Positions 53,166 to 61,735 of a DNA stretch of 64,000 nucleotides are shown here, piece after piece (the first letter of the stretch is position 1; each line of letters starts with the position of its first letter). Made by a program: the position numbers and the translations under genes. The DNA is from Picochlorum sp. SENEW3 (taxonomy: Eukaryota): positions 434,001-498,000 of the forward strand of contig CP120460.1 of assembly GCA_034226945.1 (NCBI GenBank), in the 5' to 3' direction. The notes below the pieces were generated by a model, which ran no database searches, was not told the DNA's origin, and saw only the letters and a list, made by a program, of their open reading frames with translations.

Positions 53166-54437
53166 TGTGTAATTTGAGCAGACCAAATTTGCATGACAAG
53201 AGTCCTTTGATGTAAATGAAAGAATTGTTGCACTTCCAGGTCGGAAGTCAAACCGACGCTGGTTCATCACAACAGTATCAGTGTCTGATGATACACATCG
53301 TCGTACAATCTCATCACATGCTTCTGCATCAGCAATAGCAACAATACCTGATTGTGCAGATGATGATAAAGACGCCTCCAGGGCAGTCATGACATCAACA
53401 ACCTGTTCCCCAGGAGTCCCAACGGCCACCATGCAGGGAAGCATGGTGTCTACGTCTTTGATCCTCGATAATATACTGGAGGAATCATTGGTGCCACCAC
53501 ACACGAGAACAAGCTTGTAATGTGATTTTGTTATTTCCTTCTCCATCATGGAGACCACAGGAAATGAATTGATGCATTGCACGCGCACATCATCATGCGT
53601 GAATTGTAACTGAGAAAAGGATGCATTCGACTGTTGGATACGGCGGAACATGCTTGGAGGTAGACCCAGCGCTGTACATATCAATGCCTGGTTTACAGCA
53701 TTATGGGCAACCACAAGACAGTGGTCAGACTCTGCCGCCAAAATATTCTGCCACGCAAGCGACGCTCTATACCACAACTCTCGAACTGGGGCATGGCCGT
53801 CTATTTCAAATTCCGCAGGATGGGACTTCCATTCTGCATATTCCTTTGAATTTGCTGCCCTTGTAGAATACTTATCCATACCTTGGAATGAATACAAGTC
53901 AATTTCCCTCAGACTTGGAATCACACACATTCCATCGACGACTTCTTCAGAGTATCCTTGCAAAATGATATCCGCAGTCTGCCGAGCGCGTTTGAGAGGA
54001 CTGACATATACAGACAGGTCACGCTGCTCCTGAAGCAGCTGTGACAATACTTGTGCACTCTCCTGGGCCTGAGATATACCCTTTTCCGTCAGCACCGAAA
54101 AATCAGAACTCCCTTGTACTCTATTTCGTGCATTCCATGTCGATTGCCCATGTCGAACCAACGTCACGGTTGCAACACGCCCCTGAGCCACCTTGGGAAG
54201 AGCCAATGGTGCTTCATCCTTTCTGTCAAAATCCCAAGAATCCTCCCCTGCACACCAAGAATACACAATCCGATCGCTGTCTGTCCTAGTGTCTCCAATA
54301 CCATGTGACGATGTACTCTGCGCAAGGATTGTTCTCTGAATACCACGGTGGACACTTGAGTTTCTACCACCACTACTACCACTTGTAGACGGGCAGGATA
54401 TCGCTGCCCGCGATACCATGCCTCTCTGTAGAAACAT
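53145..54437 (-). CDS. Histidine phosphatase / phosphoglycerate mutase family, 2-carboxy-D-arabinitol-1-phosphatase-like
   Basis: LVRHGQSTWN..RVQGSSDFSVLTEKG, LREIDLYSFQG, IDGHAPVRELW, VVAHNAVNQAL. Confidence 0.82.
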   Translation of the reverse strand: MFLQRGMVSRAAISCPSTSGSSGGRNSSVHRGIQRTILAQSTSSHGIGDTRTDSDRIVYSWCAGEDSWDFDRKDEAPLALPKVAQGRVATVTLVRHGQSTWNARNRVQGSSDFSVLTEKGISQAQESAQVLSQLLQEQRDLSVYVSPLKRARQTADIILQGYSEEVVDGMCVIPSLREIDLYSFQGMDKYSTRAANSKEYAEWKSHPAEFEIDGHAPVRELWYRASLAWQNILAAESDHCLVVAHNAVNQALICTALGLPPSMFRRIQQSNASFSQLQFTHDDVRVQCINSFPVVSMMEKEITKSHYKLVLVCGGTNDSSSILSRIKDVDTMLPCMVAVGTPGEQVVDVMTALEASLSSSAQSGIVAIADAEACDEIVRRCVSSDTDTVVMNQRRFDFRPGSATILSFTSKDSCHANLVCSNYTSQRLLA

Positions 54438-54640
54438 GACGCTTAGAGTCAATAATTAATTTCTCAATTGACTGTATGTAGCTGGATACGAGTGTCCAAA
54501 CAAAGAAAAGAAAGAGAAATCGATTACAGGCCTTGTCTGGAAGGACAAACCATCTAGTCATGATGCCATGATGGGTCATCATCAGATCTGTCACCCAAAG
54601 AACCCTTGACCCATTAATTGAAATATAACCCTCTAAAAAA

Positions 54641-54988
54641 ATGCCAACTGCAATCGTCAATGTGAATGTCCCCAGCGACAAGGTCAAGGACAGCGACGTT
54701 GCTAAATCCTTGAGCAGCATCGTGGCCAAAACAGTGAAGAAACCGGAGCAATATGTTATGACTCACATCAATACTGATCAAGTAATGACATATTCTGGAA
54801 CACAGGAACCCTGTGCGTTTGTGAGAGTCATATCCATTGGGAATTTGAACGCAGAGTCCAACGTGACAATTTCATCGAGTATTTGTGAGCTCCTGCAACA
54901 GAGTTACGATGTTGATCCAAGCAGATGTTATATCGAATTTGTGGATAGCGAACGTCATATGTTTGGGTGGAATTCAAGGACATTTTAA
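54641..54988 (+). CDS. MIF: Macrophage migration inhibitory factor / D-dopachrome tautomerase-like protein
   Basis: Catalytic N-terminal Pro (MP), KPEQYVM, EPCA..V.SIG, FGWN..TF C-terminus, 115 aa. Confidence 0.92.
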   Translation: MPTAIVNVNVPSDKVKDSDVAKSLSSIVAKTVKKPEQYVMTHINTDQVMTYSGTQEPCAFVRVISIGNLNAESNVTISSSICELLQQSYDVDPSRCYIEFVDSERHMFGWNSRTF

Positions 54989-55223
54989 AGCATCTGCTGC
55001 ACAGGTGGACAGTGCTGGGACCACGTTGTGGGTGGGTTTGCGAACGTTTGTGTGGTATCAGGACTGTATCGCCTGCAGACATCAACCCGGGATGTGTATG
55101 CATCATGGTATTGTCCTATCTACACGAAAGAGGATAGAAAAAAGAGGTCTAAGGACCGGGTCAGAAGATTGATCTCTTTTTGTTGCGACGGAAATTCGAT
55201 TTTGTAAACAATTTATTGTAGAC

Positions 55224-55339
55224 ATCATAAGGTTGCGGGTTCGATCCCCGTCCGAGGTGGCGAAAATATTTCTGCCATGCCGTACGTGTTACAGCGTACT
55301 TGCCTCGGTGGCGCAATTGGATAGCGCATATGACTTCTA
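55224..55339 (+). tRNA. trnR-UCU: Circularly permuted tRNA-Arg(UCU): 3' half 55224-55259, spacer 55260-55301, 5' half 55302-55339; junction at 37/38
   Basis: The rejoined 74-nt sequence folds fully: acceptor GCCTCGG/CCGAGGT, D stem GCGC/GCGC, anticodon stem TATGA/TCATA with loop CT-TCT-AA, T stem GCGGG/CCCGT with loop TTCGATC, discriminator G. Confidence 0.92.
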
Positions 55340-55612
55340 TTCTGATTCTTTTGACGTCTTTCTCCGGGTAGAGTAGTTTTGTCTTCGCAAGGAAGTGCAG
55401 GTACCCATTTCTTTTCATGTTGCAAGCTGTCTGTCTGTAGAAAGCATGCCATAGGGTCAAATACCCCTTTTGTGTAATGATGAATATAAGGGATGGTAGT
55501 AATACCGTTTTTCTGATGTTTGTTTTACACGCATGATGCAAAAAGAGTAACACGATGACTTGACTTTCTAGTAGAATCACCCATCAAGATTTGGTAATGG
55601 CGCTGGAGGAGG

Positions 55613-58600
55613 TTATACTGCTGCTGCTGTGGTGGTGAAAGATGTCTGTACAGATCCTCCTGCTCCAGCGACATTCGATACACTGGTGATTGTAACTGTG
55701 TAACTGGTGCCTGGTTGCAATTGTCCAAATGTCTTGCAGGGGCCATTCTCCACTGTTGGTGGGTTGGAGCCAAGGGCAACATTGTAATAGTCCACACAAG
55801 TGGCATCTAGCGGTGCATTCCAGCACACTGTGGCTGATGTTTCATCCACAGAAGTGACTTGGGGATTCAGTGGACTGCTTGGAGGTGTGCATGCTGGAGG
55901 TGATGGTGATGGTGATGGTGATGGCGAGGGTGAAGGAGATGGTGATGGAGATGGTGATGGAGATGGTGATGGTGATGGCGAGGGTGAAGGAGATGGTGAT
56001 GGAGATGGTGATGGAGATGGTGATGGTGATGGTGATGGTGATGGTGATGGTGATGGTGATGGTGATGGTGAAGGAGATGGTGAAGGAGATGGTGATGGTG
56101 ATGGTGATGGAGATGGTGAAGGAGATGGTGATGGTGATGGTGATGGTGATGGTGATGGTGATGGTGATGGAGATGGTGAAGGAGATGCTGATGGCGATGG
56201 CGATGGCGATGGCGATGATGACGCTGGCTCAAGGCTTGGTGGACTTGGAACAATAGGCTCTGGAGATGGCGAAGGCTCTGGCTCTGGAGACGGTGATGGA
56301 GATGGGGATGAAACTGTTGGACCAATGATTGGCTTGGCTGGCTCTGGCTCTGGCACCATGCCAGTTGGTCCAGGTGGCAGAGCAACTGTTGTGAACGTGA
56401 TGCTCGTGGACCCCCCTCCTCCAAATCTTTCGGCATAAGAGCTGACTGTCGCAGAGTACTGAGTTCCTGGAGCAAGGTCTTCCACTGTCACACATTCCCC
56501 ACGTTGAACCTTGATGGTTCCAAGTGCCACTGATACAGCCTGTACACCAACAGGCGTGACGTTGACGTCATAATAGTCCACACACCCTCCGTTCTCTGGT
56601 GGATTCCAGCACATCTCGACACTCGTTGCCCCCAGAGTAGTCACACGCACATCGCTTGGTCCTCCTGGCCTGATCAATGTAGAGCAGAGCTGTGATGGTG
56701 GAGATGGTGGTGGACTAGGAGGAACTGGAGGCGGGCTTGGCCCAGGTGGCAGAGCAACTGTTGTGAACGTGATGCTCGTGGACCCCCCTCCTCCAAATCT
56801 TTCGGCATAAGAGCTGACTGTCGCAGAGTACTGAGTTCCTGGAGCAAGGTCTTCCACTGTCACACATTCCCCGCGTTGAACCTTGATGGTTCCAAGTGCC
56901 ACTGATACAGCCTGTACACCAACAGGCGTGACGTTGACGTCATAATAGTCCACACACCCTCCGTTCTCTGGTGGATTCCAGCACATCTCGACACTCGTTG
57001 CCCCCAGAGTAGTCACACGCACATCGCTTGGCCCTCCTGGCCTGATCAATGTAGAGCAGAGCTGTGATGGTGGAGATGGTGGTGGACTAGGAGGAACTGG
57101 AGGTGGACTCGGTGGCGCTGGGACAGTTGTGAAGGTGAGCTCAGAAGACCCACCACCTTTTGTTGTCACGGAGGTGACTTTCGCAGAGTATTTTGTTCCA
57201 GGAGCCAAATCAGTCACACGAACACACTGCCCACTCTGTACCTTGATACTGCTGCCTGAGAAGAACAAGGAAGACAGGCCATACAGGTTCACCGGAGTGA
57301 TTTGAACCTCGTAATAATCCACACACCCACGATTGGATGGAGTATCCCTGCACATCATCAGAAGGCAATAATAATGTTTTGATCCTACAGACAAAGACAC
57401 ACAGCAGCAACATACCAACACAGATCTACGCTTGTAGATCCCAACTGTGTTACCCTGAGATTAGAAGGCCCATTTGGAACAATATTAGTGCTGCATAGGC
57501 GTGAAGGAGGAGATGGTGGAGGCGGCGGTGGCTGTGGTGGTGATGGACTTGGGCTTGTCTGGCAGATGTTGTTCTCCTTCACCGCAATGAAGTAATTGAA
57601 CCACCCACACGTGTTGATCGCAACCTTAGAAGCTTGATAGTAAGTGAATGTAAAGCATCCTGGCCAGTATGCAGCTCTCTTTAGATCATGAATTGCCTGT
57701 GAGCAGGTAATTGGACAGTCTACACCAGCATTGGCCATAGCAGCAGCTACTTTGGACAAAGGACACGCCGATTTTGCTGTTGCAAGAGCTTCAGACCACT
57801 CACTACTAGCACATCCATACTTTTGCGCTGCCTGAATCGCATTATCCAAGGCAACTTCGCACGAGGAAGGCTTTGGTGCACAAAGCTCCTGATTGATTTG
57901 AATAAAGACATCAGGTCCACACAGGTTAACGACAATCTGCGCTGCGTAATTGTAATCATTTGTTCCACAAGACGTGTAAAATGTAGACGCTTTTGCCCTC
58001 AGATTGTTCAATGCACTCTGACAGGTGTACGGGCATGCGTTGCCAACTGTGGCAGCCAATACAGTTTCTGCATCATCTCTGCACAAGGCCTTTGTCTCAC
58101 TCAATGCAGCCATGTATTCATCACTGGCACAGCCTTTTTCTTGAGCTTGCTCTGCTGTATTTTGAGCAGCAGCAAAGCACTGATATGCCGAAACATCTTC
58201 CTGAGGAACTCCAATGTCACAAAATCCGCCATATACTGATTTCCCAATGCACTCCAAGGACTGGTACCCACATCTGGCCTGTGCCTGTTGAATTGCAGCA
58301 GTATATTCATCAGAATCACATCCAGTTTGATTGTAAATGTTCCATGCATATGCTACGGCATCATCACAAGAGAGTGATGTACTGGCCCCGTCAAGCCCAA
58401 CAAGAACTTGTCCCGAGGTTGCACATGAAATATATGTGTACAATTCTCCATACGACTGATTATACCCTGCTGGATTTGGGCAGAGGACATCCAGACCACA
58501 CGAGGACTCTACTTGATACCGTTCACAACAAGTCTGATTCGTAAACCCTGTGCTACTTCCGAGATACAGTGGGTAGAAGCCACTCTCCTTTGCTGCTACA

Positions 58601-59145
58601 TATTCAGGAGGACAATCCACCTCTGAATCTTCAGCCTCAGTACTATCCACCTCCACAAGGGTTGTATTATCGCCGCAAATTCCTCCCACGCGCTGAGCCA
58701 TGCACAGATATGCCTGATTCCCACACAAGGCCAGTGCTTGCCGCCGTGCTACAGAGAACTGATCAGAGTCGCATCCCAGGTCGCTTTGGTTTGCGACATT
58801 CTGGACATATTGCATCGCCTCATCACAGGTGGTCGATGCACCACTGTTGTCTGATCCGACAAGTAGCTCTCTAGACGTCCCACAGGAGGAATATGGAGCC
58901 AAAGCCCCAAAGGAGTCGTCATAAATGGCTGGATCGGAGCAGAGTACGTCAATACCGCAGCTGATTGCAAGCTCATTGCTAGCACAACAGTCCCCACCGC
59001 TATCTGAATCACCAAAGTACAGCACATAGTATCCTGAGGATGTTGCAGCGGTGTAGTTTGCAGGACATTCTTGGGACTGTGCCGCGCTCAGAAACACGGC
59101 AAGGAATAAAGCGAAAAGACTGTGCCTCGCCAAGTTTCCCTTCAT
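55613..59145 (-). CDS. Secreted wall/extracellular glycoprotein: signal peptide, Cys-rich repeats, four FN3 domains, long (Ser-Pro)n rod; 2 exons (59145-57416, 57347-55613), 1154 aa
   Basis: Intron GTATGT...CAG 57415-57348 gives ...[19 protein letters not shown]3 motifs CW.PP...CVDYY and L.PGT.Y. Confidence 0.85.
55899..56216. repeat. Hexamer tandem repeat (GGTGAT and variants) encoding about 50 Ser-Pro dipeptides on the minus strand
   Basis: Directly visible in the sequence. Confidence 0.95.
56370..57103. repeat. Near-perfect direct duplication of one FN3+linker unit (56370-56731 and 56742-57103; 372-nt period)
   Basis: Alignment by eye shows two substitutions, and the encoded peptides are identical. 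Confidence 0.92.
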
Positions 59146-59422
59146 CTTGTCCTGTACACAGGGGCAAAATATTCTAACACTTTTTGTTAACTGCTCAGGA
59201 TTCCACGCCTACCGTCTGATGGCTTCCCATACTGTTATGGGACTTTTCAGAATCTGAATTGCCACGTAATTTGCCACGTGTTTCTGTTTTCTCGGATGTC
59301 CCGACAGAGGACGCGCAGGTTCAGATTTGCATGGAGATGCACGAGGATGCATGACGGTGACAGAAGAGCAACGTATCGCGCATCGATTACACATATATAA
59401 CAGCAACAAATGTATTAGAATA

Positions 59423-61438
59423 TTACTCTACAGGGACCGAGTCCTGGACTTCGTCGTCGTCATCATCCTGGTGAGCTGACTGGCTCTCCAGGGACGGTAC
59501 TGAGTACACTCTCAACTGAGATTTGTTTGCATCTCTCATCATAATGTACTGTCCTGCATCATCATTAGTAAAAACATACTAGGATTAGCAATCATTCTCA
59601 CGATATATGTAAATCGACATGCATACTGTTGCAGCTATGGCCCAAGTTCCACAATGGTACTCAACACTATTGCAGACACATGTATACTGGGCCAAAGTTT
59701 GCATTCGTCTCCGCATATCCTTGCCAACAAAAGCACCATGAGCAGCTCAGGTTGGTGGTTGAGTAGCGGCTCACACATGAGACAAGAAGCATACAGCATA
59801 CCTTCAGGCGAACCTTCTGTATTATCAAAGCAAAAGGTTAAAAGTGCCTTGGCGATACCCCAAGCATTATCCATATTCAAATTCATCTGTGCAGCAAAGT
59901 CTTTTGGCTTGACAGCCTGTGTACCCAGCAGTTGGTGAGCCTTGGAGCTCTTGAACGATGTGCGGCTAATATAACCAAGTTTGATAATGTCTACTCCACC
60001 CAAAAGTGCTGCAGCAGTCCATCGAGCAATCTTTGTTGCATTATTCTTCAACTCTGTTGCCAGCACTGCACCTCTCTGCGTGTCTAATTTTGTACGCCAG
60101 TCAATACCAGACCATTTAGGATCAAACTCGTTCAATGCATGAACGGCAACCGTTTGCAAATTGTTAGCCACCGTCATGCATCCGTCAATTTCACAACGAA
60201 CAATCAACCGGATGTTCCCAAGATCAAATCTCTTGTAAATATATCCTGCTGACGGTGTGGCTGCACCCTCCAGCTCTGATGGCAATGGCTCACCCAAATC
60301 ATGGCCCTTCTTCCTCTGCAAGACCTGCTCCCTGAAAGCCTGGTGAACATGCGTAGACTCGGCTTTTAAATTTTCAATACCATTCACATTCTCTTTATCC
60401 TCCACAAGAGGGTCAGGTGCTGTCTCACCATTTGTGATGTACTCCAAAGAACTTCCAGTGCGTCGATCCAGGTACATTTTATTCTTCTTCTTCAAAATTG
60501 CAATATCCCATGGGAACAATGATCGTGGGGCTGTCATGATGACAGTCAAGATCAAATCTGACACAAACACATCTGCCTCATCATTCTCAGCCATTTTCTT
60601 CATCACAGGATCATCCCAAATCTTCAGAGGATACGCATGTGCCCCTGATGGCTCCTTCACCTTTGCAGGAAGCTTTGGTCCAACTCGATCAGCAGCACGA
60701 TCATACGTTGGAAGAGATCCAACAGACACCAGGCTCTCTCCCTCGTCCACCTTTGTAGACATTTTGCCAAGTGCTGGCAACAATATCTGGTCCCCGAGCA
60801 CCTGCCAGTCAGGACGCACGTCAATGGACTCTGAGAGTACTCGTTCTCTCTGTTGATCTCTCCATTGTGGCCTGCCCCTTCCTCCGTGCCAACCGCGCCC
60901 TCCACGGCCACCATCATGTTGACCTCCACGACCACCTCCGTGGTGCGCCGGTTGCTGTCCCCAACGCTGCTGGTTCTGTGGACGCCTCTGTGGCCCTCCG
61001 AAAGACTTTTTCACAGGCTTGTTATCCACAAGTTCGAACGCCTCATCCCCATCCGCCTTTTCAAAGTTGAACACTGACGTTCCCGGCGCTGGCTCTCTGT
61101 ATCGACCTGCACACATAACCATTGGACCATGTAAGCGATTTCGTCCAACACTAAATGAATTATCTGACTAAACAGTATGAAATTCGCGAGTAAAATCCCC
61201 TCATGAAAAAAGAACGACAATCGCCGTCGCTCCACCTCAATCGGCGACAGTCAGAATACGTACCACTGTAATGTCCCATGCGACTGTGAGAAGAATACCC
61301 AAAATCTGCAATCCTACCAAGTCTTTCTCCCTTTCCGTAGGGAAGGAAAGGCACTGCAGTGAATTTCTCAGGAATGCTGCTTGGGCCCCATCCCTCCTTG
61401 TTATCCTCCACGTGTGACAGACTGAATGAACTCGACAT
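59423..61438 (-). CDS. EIF3D: Translation initiation factor 3 subunit D, 3 exons (61438-61264, 61106-59802, 59553-59423), 536 aa
   Basis: DNKEGWGP, ERLGRIADF, IDWRTKLDTQRGAVLATELKNN, NLNMDNAWGI; last exon GQYIMMRDANKSQLRVYSVP. Confidence 0.94.
59624..59771 (-). ncRNA. Candidate intronic box H/ACA snoRNA in eIF3d intron 2
   Basis: Hairpin 1 (CCGC/GCGG, pocket, CCAAC/GTTGG), H box AGACGA (59710-59705), hairpin 2 (TGCA/TGCA, TGGCCCA/TGGGCCA), then ACA (59629-59627); about 148 nt inside an unusually long 248-nt intron. Confidence 0.65.
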
Positions 61439-61735
61439 GTTTAACTATAATATTGGATTATATTGATTGATTGAAACTGTGCTTGTACTGGGGATCTACC
61501 CAAGCCTTGAGAGAGCCAAAATTGGCTAGAGAATCTATTTAAGGAACTCGAGTCAATTTTACGTACAATGCTCATCCCTGAAGGCCACATCCCTACACTA
61601 CTTTTCAAAAATATAGACGCAATTGATAGTACTGAAGACACGTAGCGTCAATTTGTGTCGGAAAATACCAGGCAATTTTCGGAAGGATCGCTCGAGACTG
61701 TCTTTTTCCTAGGAAAATCACACAGAATACCTTAC

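Noticed and set aside
55302..55450. Ordinary intron-containing tRNA-Arg with a downstream 3' exon
   Set aside because: No T-arm or acceptor-complementary sequence follows 55339; the only matching 3' half lies upstream.
55161..55580. 139-aa and 75-aa minus-strand ORFs over the tRNA locus
   Set aside because: They are antisense to the tRNA halves; peptides such as LGRGSNPQP are typical translated-tRNA artefacts.
55800..56475. Poly-(GD), poly-His and poly-(MV) ORFs
   Set aside because: These are alternative-frame or antisense readings of the stop-free hexamer repeat. The SP frame is continuous with the FN3 domains.
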